From the human T2T-CHM13v2.0 reference genome, Homo sapiens, in the NCBI RefSeq assembly GCF_009914755.1, contig NC_060926.1: a DNA stretch of 64,000 bases. One strand, 5' to 3'. The position numbers and the translations under genes were made by a program. Under the pieces are notes generated by a model. It was not told where the DNA came from. It ran no database searches and saw only the letters and a program-made list of their open reading frames with translations. This document shows positions 44,529 to 64,000 of the stretch, piece by piece; within the stretch, counting starts at the first letter, position 1, and the number at the start of each line of letters is the position of its first letter.

Positions 44529-45671
44529 TGTGAATGTTATTTCTAAGCTATAAAACTATCAGTGGTTCTTTTTACCTCCAATATTTTATTTTCCCACATC
44601 GTTTTAACAATCAGATAAAAAATAATTCTGACAGACACAAAAATGTGACCCTCCTACATAAAACTGACATCCGTATGACATTATAGCCAAGACTATAAAC
44701 TCTGATCTAGTTAAGTTAGGTATTTTTCATTTAAATTTATGTCCTAGTGCCATTTCTCTCTGAGCCGTCTCTTATGTTATACACTTTCTTAAAATACACA
44801 CCCTATATTTTTCTATTATTTCCTTCAAAATGCAGGACAGCTTTTATAGAGTTAGTTGTCAGCCAGACATCTTGTCATATAGGTTCAACAAGTATCTGAA
44901 ATATAAATATAATTATCTTCTTTTCTTAAAATATGTGATCCATACAGGATCAACTGCCTATGCCCCAAATTCTAGAATCATTTCAGCCCCTTTTACCCAC
45001 TCCAAATGCTACATATTCTATTTATTCCTCTAATGTCCTTTGTCTCCATCTCTTTTACTAGTCTCTTAATTCAGGCCCTGAGTATTTCTTCCAAACAACC
45101 ATAACCACCTTTCTGACAAATTTTCCTGCTTCACTCTTAAATCTATCCTACTTGAGTTATTCTCTTAAACTTGGATTTGATTATGCTTTTCTCCTGAAAA
45201 ACCTGTGACATCTACCACCCAACAACCCATACACAAACTGCTCAGTCAGGTTTTCAAAGGCCTCCAATGTTTGATCTCTACCTAACGTTTACCACACTGG
45301 AATCTTTACCACTTAAGTCCACGCAAAGATTATGGTCTAATCACTCCAATTTACTCTACTTTCAAGTCCACTCTGAATCTTTCCAACTGTGCCCTTGCTT
45401 AAGCTATTCCTATGTCCTGGAAGGCCCTTCTTCTTACTACTTATCTGACAAAGTCCAGCTCAAATCTTACAAGTTAACAACAACAAAAAACGGCTACATT
45501 CCTTTATTCAAAATTAATTCTTATTTCTCTATATTATCACATTTTTTAAAAGCAAAGAACATTTTGAGAGCAGGCAATTATTTTAGGAACTATAATGTGA
45601 GCTTCAAGAGCTCAGGGGCCACAGCTTAACCCTCTTTACAGTCTCTATAGTGTCCAGCACAGAGGTAATAT

Positions 45672-47310
<1,639 letters not shown>

Positions 47311-48069
47311 AATAGAATAGGCATTTAATAAATTTTTTAAACAGTATGGAAGGTCTAGAACAGCTAAAACCAAAAAGAAATACAGAAAGTTCCATGTGAG
47401 AATAGAGCCCTGTAACCCCAGGAAATTCAACAAAGTATATAAAAAGGAGGCAGGTGGGTAGGTAGGTTAGATCTTTCTAATGTTAGGCTCTACACAACCA
47501 TTGGGCACAGTGATGACTGCAGCTCAAAGCTAAAAGGTAACACATATATGCATGGACACAGTCACTGCCTACCAAGCATTCATTCCCCTTCAGCTGATAA
47601 ATTTCCTTTGGGGAAAACTCTCTCCTCAATTCACCTGGCTTGAGCAAGCTTAATCTCAACCACATCTACAACTGGCCAATCATTTGACAAGTGTGATAAT
47701 TCAGGTATACTCATGTGGGCGAAGCCAAACCAATTAAGCCAAATCAGAATAAAGTCAGAGGCTCCTGCTTTAGTTCTTATCTCTCTTCAGATTTACAGCT
47801 TGCAGAGTGCAGGTTGGGGCTGAAGTTATATATGATGAGGAGAAACTCTGACTGAGAGCGAAGTCAAAAGGAAGTGGAGACACCAAACCCTGATGATGTC
47901 AACTGAGTTCCTGGATCCAGCCTGGGTTTCCTTAGAATTTTCAGTTACATAAGCTAATAAATTGTCTTACTCAAACTCATTTGAGTTGGTTTTCCTGTTC
48001 GTAAGTGAAAAGTTATTGATAAGTAAAGGTCTCTTCTCAGTGCAGGAATTTGAAATTGGCAAGCTTGAA

Positions 48070-49278
<1,209 letters not shown>

Positions 49279-49485
49279 ATAAGTCATTTTAATTTCGTTC
49301 TTTCTAGATAAGATTATCATCAAGAATAAAAAATAAAGTTACTTCTCTGATCTACCTATAGTTAGTTATAGATTAGTTTTTAAAAAATGTATTGGGTAGA
49401 GGTTTCAAAATATTACCTCTTCCTGAAAATAAGCTCTTCAAGAACAGAATTCTGTCCCTACGAGTCAAATATTTATATGTGGTCA

Positions 49486-49722
<237 letters not shown>

Positions 49723-50239
49723 TTAATTAGTCAATACTCCTTTGACTTAAACATATCTTATAAACTATAAGAAGTCTACCAATATAGAAAGGGGCTGCCA
49801 TGGAGAAAATGGATGTAAAAATCATTTCCATGTATCTACAAAATAGTAATTCCTTAATGCTGATCCAGTATCTAACATTTAAGTCAAGAAAAATACAGAA
49901 GTATTACAAACATATTTTGTAAACATTCTATTTAGCACAAGCTTTACAAATGTCCAGAGGTAAAATGAGAAAAAAGAACACAAACACACACAGATTCAAA
50001 TAAACAGTAATAATTCCATTGTATACTGCTGCACCAGACTGAATCTTAATTGTGAAACTAACACATTGCCATTGTCTCTTGTATTCAAACCTATCATGAG
50101 ATCACTTAAAAAGTTATTAAGTAGGCTTCTGAATATTTATATGTAGCAACTTGGTTAAATGTTTATTAATTCTAATATATATTTATCATCTTTACTAGAA
50201 TTTCAGGTATATAATAATCTATAGAAAAATATAAAATAT

Positions 50240-50283
50240 AATTAATAATTATACCACAGTTAATTTTGCACCAACCAAATATT
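50240..50283. mobile_element. MADE1 (Hsmar1 MITE) half
   Basis: taattttgcaccaaccaaata resembles the Hsmar1 ITR. Confidence 0.55.
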
Positions 50284-51284
50284 TTAAAATAGTGCTATAA
50301 TACTTGAAGACAATGTTTCTACATCTAAGGAAAATAACAAAATCATTAGATAAAATATCATACTTCACATAAGAAAAAAATTAGGTAGCAAGCAAACACA
50401 TAGTTCATATGGAAGCAATTAAATGGAAACCGTGGTCTGAAGTCTCTGGAGATGTGTGGCATCCTTAAATGGTTTTTAAAAACTGATCACAATACCTGAG
50501 GTTTAAGGCAGTTTAACCCCACATTTCCAGCTCTTTTCCCTCTCAGTTTTCTGTTGATGCTACTCAATAACCAAAAATAAGCCTACTAGAAGAGGCTGTT
50601 GGATTCTTAGTCTATCTAAGGAGTTATCTGCTGGGAAGAGCTGGGACATGAGTCCACTGTCTCTTGGTACTGTGAAAGTGTCCAGGGTCGAAAATACAGA
50701 GAAGGTTTTCATCCCCCCAAAACATTGGTGAATAATAACAAAGGAAAGAAAAGCCTTTTGCAGAAGAAACTATTGAGCATTTCCAAGTTGATTTCCATAG
50801 CTACGTTTATCTGATTTGGATTTCCATGTTAAAAATGTATATAATGTAATTCCAATCAGGATCCCAAAGTTTGTATCAAATAAATATATAAAAATTGCCA
50901 AGAAATTTCCAGAAAAAAAATGATGGGAGACTTGCTTAAAAAGATATTAACATGTACTCTTAGCCACTATTATTGAAGTAGTATGTTTCCGAGAGAAAAA
51001 AAATCACCAAATGAATACCCTCATAGACTGTTGGTGGAAGAAAACAGAAAATGCAGAAACAGATAATAATTTAAAAGGTATCATTTATGTTTAGTATGAA
51101 AAACATGAGGTCATGCCATAGTCCCCTGTAGTTTGACTACCTGGCTTCTGTTCCCTCTTCTTTGGAGACAGTACCCAAAAATTTCCTGTGAAACAACTTT
51201 TCTCACTTTCAGTCATGTGGTTGAGAGGGACTGAATCCCATGCCCAGCCCGGGGGTAAATCCTAATTGGTTTAAATTAATCAGC

Positions 51285-51288
<4 letters not shown>

Positions 51289-51333
<45 letters not shown>
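51289..51333 (+). repeat. (CA)n microsatellite
   Basis: About 22 CA units. Confidence 0.98.
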
Positions 51334-51336
<3 letters not shown>

Positions 51337-51645
51337 CACCCCAAAGAACAGATACATGACTTAGGGCCAAAAATCTATGGAGCTATTTACTTGGGTATAT
51401 GGGGGGGAAAAAAAACAACCAAAACTTGTTCTCCACGGAATCTTCAGAAAGGGATCCTTTCTCTTCCCTTGTGTGGTATTAGGAAGCAAGGCCTAAAACA
51501 TTCACAGTCATTGTGTGACCACAAAGGAAAAATCTGGAATTAGAATGGCACAACATACAAGACAGACTGAGGAGTGACACAGTATGAATCGTAAGGAGAA
51601 ATCCAACACCAAAAAGGGCAGAACTGAGAAAAGTCAGGAAGCAAA

Positions 51646-51942
51646 TTTGTTTTTGTTTTTGAGACAGAGTCTCACTCTATCCCCCAGGCTGGAGTGCAAT
51701 GGTGCAATCTTGGCTCACTGCAACCTTCATCTCCTGGGTTCAAGAGATTCTCATGCTCAGCCTCCCATGTAGCTGGGATTGCAGATGCCTGCCACCACAC
51801 CCTGGTAATTTTTGTATTTTCAGTAGAGATGGAGTTTCACCATGTTGGCCAGGCTGGTCTCGAACTCCTGACCTCAGGTGATCTGCCCACCTCAGCCTCC
51901 CAGAGTGCTCGGATTACAGGTGTTAGCCACTGCGCCTGGCCA
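51646..51942 (-). mobile_element. AluS
   Basis: Consensus match. Confidence 0.94.
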
Positions 51943-51983
51943 AAATTTTTAAAGTAGTATTACTTTTGCCTGTATCAAGCCTT

Positions 51984-54039
51984 TTTTGTTTTGTTTTTTG
52001 GAGAGACCTGTTCTTTATTTCAAAAAGACACTTGTGTCAATATTTGGTATCAAAAGAGTTGCACTATTGATTTGTCTTTCTCCCAGTTGGCCCCAAAGAG
52101 ACCACATCAAAGGAGTGTACATTTTAAGCCAATAAGCTGCAGGATGTACACCTAACAGACCTCATTGAAACCTTACCAGAAAATGGGGATTGGGTAGGGA
52201 AAGAAACTTTAAAAGATCAGCAAACTGCCAGCCCACACACTGTATAGGCTGTCACAGCCAGACAGGGTGGCCAGGGTGCCACAAACCCAAAGAAGCAAAG
52301 CTTCAAAATAATAAAAAACTTTAAAAGTTTTGTACATAAGCTATTCAAGATTTCTCTGATACAAAGTACAATGAGATAGCACTTTTAGAGAGAGCAGCTT
52401 CAAACCCAGAAAAGGATAATGAGATGAGTTTCACATGGCTAAATCAGTGGCAAAACATAATCTTTCAAGGAGGGAGGATAGCAATTAAGTGGTCACTGCA
52501 ACATAAGGGGCACATGATCCATTCTGCAGGCAGTTGAGAGGGGGCAGAGTTGGGACAAAAATTTAGTTTCAGAGGTCTTACCATTTTAATTTGGTCACTT
52601 CTAATGAAAAAAAAAAAAGAAATAACATTGTCCAAAGATATCTTAAAGCTGAAAACCTGAAAAGCACATTTTTGTTTTGTTTTTGTTGTTGTTTGGCTAA
52701 CTCCTCCTGGAATCACCTTTCTGGTTTGGGGGGTACTTTTTACAGAGCAGTGAAATTTCCCATAATGGATTCTTTCCCTGGGCTCTGTTTGGCTCTCAGT
52801 AAGGCAGGCCTATACCTTTTCCTCTTCTCTATGGAAAGGGCAATATGCATTAAGCTGAAAATTCACCTTCCAAAAGTGAAAAAGGAATAGATTGCTGCTT
52901 CAGAGCTGTGGAATTATTTGGAATGTTTTACAAATGGTTGCTATAAAACAACAAAAAAGGTATTACAAAATGTGTACATCACAACATGCTTTTAAAGGCA
53001 TTATGCATTGTGTTCACATTCCCTTAAGTGTTGTTCCCAAAGGTGCACAGCCTCTAGCCCAGCTGGAATCTCTGGGAAGAGGCAGAGACAGTTTAGCGAA
53101 AAAGACACAGGGGAGGTGGGGGCAGCGAAAGGAGAAAGCAGCCTTCCAGTTATAAAGGTCAGCTTTGGGTAGGCTGGCCTCAGATGGAATCAGGGTCAGA
53201 GGGAGGAGCAGCAGCAGGGTGAGACTGAGGTGCTCTACATCTCATTCAGGTCAAGCAGAGTCTGGTCCAGCATCCTTTGTACAGAGTGCCCCTCTTTGGT
53301 ACATTTTCAGTTTATCTTCCAAGTCATCAGTTGTCTTTTCCAGCTTGGCTACCGATCTCTCAGCAAACTCAGCACAGGTCTCTACCTCCTTGAGTTTATC
53401 AGTAAGAATCTTGATCTCTTCCACGTTTGTCTTCTTTTTGAGAGTACTTTTCTTCAGCATCACTCAGACACTTCAGGTTATGGTCCATCAGTCTCATCTG
53501 CTCATCCATCTCTCGGCAATGGGACACTGCCAGCTCAGCTCGTTCCTCTGTGAGTTCCAAGTCTCTTTCAATGACCACCAACTTACGAGCCACCTCTTCA
53601 TACTTCCTATCTGCCTATTCTGCAGTGTGTTTAGCTTCTTTGAGTTGGATTTCCTGGAATTCCATCTTTTAAGGTCCAGTTTTTAACAACCTTCATATCT
53701 CTCTCACTCTGATCAGTAGCTTTTTCCGCTTCTTCCGGCTTTTGCAGGGCAGTGGCCACGTGCTCCTGAGCACAGTCCAGCTCCTCTTCAACCAGCTGGA
53801 TCCTATGGTTCAAGGAGGCCACCTCAGCCTCAGCCTGTTCCCAGGCGCGCCTTTCTCCTTCAGCTTCTCGCTGGAGGTGCTCAGCTCTCTCCTCTGCATC
53901 ATCTGCCTGCTGCTGCAGAACCTGGATATTGTGCTTCACTGCCTCAATAGTGGTGATCCCAGCCATGGTGCCCACCCAGCTACTGCTCACACTCCAGATC
54001 CTGCCTCCTCTGCTCAGCGTTGCAGCTGCTTCTCACCAG
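51984..54039 (-). pseudogene. Processed TPM3 (cytoskeletal TPM3.1/Tm5NM1-type) pseudogene with 5'UTR, disrupted CDS 53966-53235, ~1.2 kb 3'UTR and poly(A) remnant
   Basis: [11 protein letters not shown]...[11 protein letters not shown] recovered across several frameshifts; no introns; AATAAA at 52014-52019 (minus); A-rich tail ~51984-52000; TSD tgtatcaag(c/t)ctt at 51971-51983 and 54040-54052. The locus may be TPM3P7, but I am not sure of the symbol. Confidence 0.95.
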
Positions 54040-54236
54040 TGTATCAAGTCTTGCCTTGAGCCAGTACTACCTTTGGAATTTTGTTGAGATTTAAGTCACA
54101 AGAAGCTGAAAAAGTCCTAAATAAAACAGTTTAGTAGTGCTAGAATATCTCATACATCTGGGGGGAATGTGCACACAGTATATACAAAAACATATTCCAA
54201 ATGAATTAAAAGCAAAAGGCAAAATATAAAAGATTA

Positions 54237-55891
<1,655 letters not shown>

Positions 55892-56587
55892 TTACTCAAT
55901 TCTGCCTTAGGAAAGTAATATGGAAATATCCATTAAAACTAAATATATTTGGGACCACTGATGCAACAATCCCACTTGAATCTGTCCTACAAAACCAAGG
56001 CCAAAGGACTTAAGGACAAATGTGCAAGGATTTACTCCATCATTGAAAGCATCAAAGCACTGAAAAATGACCTCAAACTCCATTAAGAAGAGAATGTTGA
56101 CTATGATAATAAAGTAACCAACAGGATAGAAATCAACAACAGCCATGTTGGCAGCTAAAAGAGTGCTAAGTTCCAGGAAGCATTTTGTTTAGTCCTCACA
56201 ACAATCTATGAGGTGAGCAAAATTATTACACCGTTTTTACAAATGAAGAAACTATAAGTTTTCAATAAGCTGTTCAAGATCATATTATCAATAAATGGTG
56301 AAGTCAAGATTCCAGTAACAAGAAGGAAAAGAGAAACAGAACTAGAAAGAGATTACTTTAAAAAGGACATAAAACCAAGAAAAAAAACATTTTCAATAAG
56401 CTACCTGGTAAATTTACCCCAATTAATGGTATTCAGTTCCAATATTAAGTACCCACTCTGTTTAGGGCAGTAAACTAGGATTAGTGGATCCACAGAGGGA
56501 AGCTTTCTTAGCTTAGAATCTAATAGAGAAGATAGGCAAGGGAGTAAACAGCCACACCACACTGTGACCAGTGCTATTAATATAAAC

Positions 56588-56897
56588 ACAGGTCCACAGT
56601 CCCTGATCTAAAACACTTAGGCCAAATGTTTCAGACATAAGAATTTTTTGGATTTTAAAAAGGTAACATGATATGCCATAAATGATATGACACTGCCATG
56701 GAGATTAGGGACAGCATCCCATAACCAAACACAATGAAACATATGAATACTCACACTAAGATGGATAAATAAAGATTATATACAGTCTCATGTCAGTTCA
56801 AGAGAACTGTTGTTGTCAAGTGAGTTTGGTGCTAAATGTATGAGGAAACTTAGTTTTTCAACCACTGCGGATACTGTAATTATGGGTAAGAGACTGT
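56588..56897. mobile_element. MER46C/Tigger-like DNA transposon
   Basis: caggtccacagtccc...aaacacttaggccaaatgtttcaga...gattttaaaaaggtaa. Confidence 0.6.
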
Positions 56898-57080
56898 AAA
56901 GTGTGTACATAAAGTGCTTTAAGTCAGAGAGAAAAAAAATCAGTCTAGTCTGGCTTAGCACTTAGAAGAGTAACAACAACAAATAACAACAAAACAGTCA
57001 TTAAAGTGAAACCTATAAAATGAAAGTAAATGGCACACACATCTGGTGAAAAGATGTGGTAAGAATAACTACAAACTGTC

Positions 57081-57465
<385 letters not shown>

Positions 57466-59413
57466 CTACAAGATATACAGGACACAGTACCATTTAAAAC
57501 AAAATTTAGGCATGATCTCAGGAAAATACAAAAAGTCAAAGAATCCGGGCAGTTTATTTTTATGAATAATAAAGCAATAGCAGAGAAGCAAAACAGGACA
57601 CACTACCCATGATGGCTGGAATATATCCTCATGGGAAGGTAGAGCTCCAGAATTCTATAATTAAATAAAAGTGAACGACTTGAAGAAATAAGACATCATC
57701 TGCATGGGTGATAAAACCATAGTACTGAGATCAATACCAACTTAAAAGTTCAAGTAAATTCAGTAGGGTAAGTACTAACACCCGAAGCAGCTGTAGTAAG
57801 AACCACCTTAAAGATTATGTAACTATCACACAACAAGTCAGCTTCTAATTTTTCTTGTCCATGCTCAAGAGATTGGGGTTGAAGAGGTAGGGGTTCTGTC
57901 AAGGAAAGGAACAAGTGCAGTGCTATAATTTTATGCGGTGAGCATGTAAGCAAACATACTAATATGTTTTGTACATAAGGCCCAAAGAACTAAAGTGACT
58001 TTGATCATATTGCCAATGGCCCTTTTTAGTTCTCTCTGTAATAAAAGCTAGCAGTAGCTAGTAGGGCTAAGAGAGCAGAAGTCAATCATTGTACTGCTTA
58101 GATAAAGCAAATATAGCAATTAATGAAAGGAGTCATCACTGCATGGTAAAGAGCCAGATTTAATGATTCATACCAATCTGAATACAGACCTGACTGTAGC
58201 CTGGGCAAGTCACTTTAAACACCCTTAATTTACTCATCTGCAAAATAGAGGTAATACTGCCTACTGTGTAACTCGATTGTACAGATCACAGATAATGTAC
58301 ATACCAAGTATATGTCACAGAGTCAAGATTCAGTAACTACAGCAGTTACTTTACCAACTTACTATCCTACCCTAGTCTGGCAGTGTTCCAGTGTTCCCCA
58401 TCTCAAGTGATAGGAATCTCACCCTCACATACAACTATTCTCCACTCTGAAGCCAGAGTAACCTTTTAAATATAAATATGATCATACTACCTCCTGTCCA
58501 GCTTAAAATTCATCCATATCATAATGTTCTTAGTATAAAGTACAAAATTATCAAAATAATCTGACCTTGACCAAAATAATCTGACCTTGACCATTCTGCT
58601 ACACACCCTCTCTGCCAGCCTACTCTACCTTTCTTTTCATTTGGTAATTTAAAATTCTTCTGACTACTTGGCCCAACACTTCTGCTTGCAATGATAACCC
58701 TCACCTCCTTTTCTCCTAGCAACCTCCAATTCAACTTTTCAGATTTTAGCCTTAATGTCTCTTGCTAAAATAAGCCACTTCTATGTTCTATAAATCCTAT
58801 ACTTCTCTGAAACACATATTTATAACTACATATACTGAAAGGAAAAAATCTGACTCAACTGTAAGCGAGCCAGACTCAGTGATGAGTGATTTTAATGTCT
58901 CTGAAAAGTAGAATCTTTCTTCTCTTCTACAATTCAACCCAAAATATCCAGCTCTAAGGCCTGTGAGCAGTCATCTTGCAATTATGATGGATGAGCCTAC
59001 TGAGAATGGAACAAAATTGAAGGAAGCAGAGCTGAGATACTGATGAAACTGACTGGAGAACTTGGATAAAGTTTTGCCTGTTTTTTTCACTTGCATTAAA
59101 TGATGAGATTCCTTCAATGTTTAAGCCAGTTTACATCGTGTTTCCTGTCATTTACAGCTGGAAGTATCTTAATAGATACAAAGCACCTACATAAAAGCAA
59201 TCAAATTTACAGAGATAGGAAAGGGAAAAGAACAACAACACAGGAGAATATTCACAGGTAAACCACTCTCTTCTGTTAACGAGAAAAGATTACCCTTATG
59301 CATCAATAATGTATATTACATGATAATGTAAGAGGTAAGATGCTACCCAAATCTGTACAGACTAACCCCAAGTACTCAGATACTCAGAAACATCTAAATT
59401 TTTCCTAAATCTT

Positions 59414-61993
<2,580 letters not shown>

Positions 61994-62104
61994 TCACAGT
62001 AAAATTCCAACAAAAAATATATATATATACCAAGATTGACAGAATTAGAAAATCACCATATGCGGCAACAGTGATAGGAAGTTTCAGGTAAGATTAGTGG
62101 ATGC

Positions 62105-62629
62105 TGTGGTAGACAGACCTAAAAAGGCTTCCAGTAATCCCTGCTTTGTGTACTCATGGCCCTACATAATTCCTTCCCCTGTAGTGTGGGTAGGGCCTGT
62201 AATCAGCTTCTAATAATCAAAAAAGAACAAAGGTAAAGGGTCTCACATAAGTGACTATTTCACATATGACTGCAGTGTCCTCGCTTGATGACTCTTCCTT
62301 GCTGGCTTTGAGGAAGCATGTGGCCATGTTGGGGAAGGCCACAGAACTCAGGACAGCCTCTAGCCAAATGCCAGCTAAGAATCCAGACCCTCAATCTGAT
62401 AACCCACAAGGATTGAATCTTTCCAACAACCACATGAGCTTGGAAGCTGATCATTCCCCAATCAAGTCTTCAGGTAAAAACTCAGCCCTGACCAACGCTC
62501 TGCTGCATTGCCGAGGATCAGGTAAAGCCGTGCTCAGACTCCTGACACATAGAAACTGAGATAATAAATGCACTGTTTTAAGCTGCTAAATCTGTGATAA
62601 TATTGTTAAGCAGCAATAGATTAATAACA
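62105..62629 (+). mobile_element. MLT1E/F MaLR LTR within L1MC remnant
   Basis: tgtggtagacag...ccaacaaccacatgagcttggaagc...tttaagctgctaaat. Confidence 0.8.
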
Positions 62630-63217
62630 TGCTAAAATTAGTGGGCAAAGGTACAATGAGAAACAAGATGTTTACAGAGTCTCAGAGTATCTTCACCCCA
62701 AAATACTTACTAATTACAAAGGGGAAAAATGGTATCTTTACAGTGAAGAAACAGTAGACATTGCATAAACCAAGTAATCACAGTTACCATCACTAATACT
62801 GTGGTACACTGAAATCATGGAATCCAGATATATTATGGTAAAAATGTCCTATCGATCCTGTGACACTCCTGCCAAAACTGCACAACTTAAATCTAATCAT
62901 AATTAAACAGCAGAAATAAAAATTGAGAAACAATCTGCAAAACAGCTGGCCTGCACTAAAAAAAATGTCTAGTCATGAAAGATAAAGACTGAAGTACAAT
63001 TCCAGATTAAAGAAGAGTAAAGATACATGAAAACTAAATGCAAATACAACATGTGATCCTGGATTAGGACATCAGTGGGAGAATTACCAAATCTGGATAA
63101 AGTCTGATTAGATAATATTGTGCCAATGTAGATTTCCTATTAACTATTTTACCCTGTAGTTAAAGAATGTACTTGCCTTTAGAAAATATATTCTGAAGTT
63201 TGCTTGCTTGACTGACT

Positions 63218-63527
63218 TATTTATTTATTTATTTATTTTTAGACAGGATCTTGCTCTGTCCCCCAGGCTAGAGTGCAGTGGTGCAATCATAGCTCACTGC
63301 AGCCTTGAACTCCTGGGCTCAAATTTAATTCTCCTGCCTCCACCTCTAGAGTAGTTGGGACTACAAGTGTGCACCACGATACCTGGCTAATTATTTTATT
63401 TTATTATTGTATAGAGACGGGCTCGCTTTGTTGCCCAGGTTGGTCTTGAACTCCTGCACTCAAGCAATCCTCCCACCTCAGCTCCCGAAGTGCTGAGATT
63501 ATAGGTGTGAACCACTGCATCAAGCCT
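63218..63527 (-). mobile_element. AluJ, flanked by L1M 3' fragments extending to the window end
   Basis: Consensus match; TSD-like tctgaagt. Confidence 0.88.
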
Positions 63528-64000
63528 ACTCTGAAGTATTTAAAAGTGAATGGGGCATTATGTCTACAATTTATCCTCAGACATCTCAGAAACACAAATT
63601 AGACAGATGTTAACATCTGGAGAATCCAGATAAAGTTTATATAAGAATTCTTTGTACTACCTTTGCAACTTTTCTAAGTCTGCAATATACCATATAAAGT
63701 TAAATAAATGTATATGATTTTTAAAAAAGTAAGTATATGAGAAAAGTCTATACAACAATTTGGACCAATGAAAAGAAAGAAGTACTGATCAATGCTACAA
63801 ACATGATGGAATTTGGAGTTTATGATTACATATTATATGATTCCATTTATATGAATGTCCAGATATGGCCAAACTTACAGAGACAGAAAGTAGATTACAG
63901 GCTGTTAGGAGGAGCCAGCATTACCCGTATCCAGTATGAGAGATCTCACTGGAGTGATGAAAACATTCTAAAACCGGATTATGGTGATAATAGCACAACT

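Noticed and set aside
53165-54059. Plus-strand ORFs of 173, 107 and 105 aa
   Set aside because: Antisense shadows of the tropomyosin pseudogene CDS.

Overview
Primate (almost certainly human) genomic DNA lying entirely inside ASXL2, which is transcribed on the minus strand. Six coding exons (109, 151, 101, 127, 144 and 164 nt; by recall exons 4-9) splice with canonical GT-AG boundaries into one continuous frame. That frame runs from the HARE-HTH domain, through a Ser/Gln-rich linker, into the ASXH/DEUBAD domain. None of these exons appears in the supplied ORF track. The introns hold about 50 Alu copies, old L1M fragments, MaLR/ERV LTRs, DNA transposons, a full-length processed TPM3 pseudogene (sense to ASXL2, with TSD and poly(A) signal), and a tailless U2 snRNA retrocopy antisense to the pre-mRNA near an acceptor. 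The least-explained structures are two local rearrangement scars that look like serial template switching: an inversion with templated inverted inserts at 31.0-32.8 kb, and a duplication patchwork at 48.5-50.2 kb. I also found candidate cryptic exons and circRNA configurations. I see no convincing evidence of a wholly new biological system. Repeat family names come from recall of consensus sequences, and repeat boundaries are approximate.
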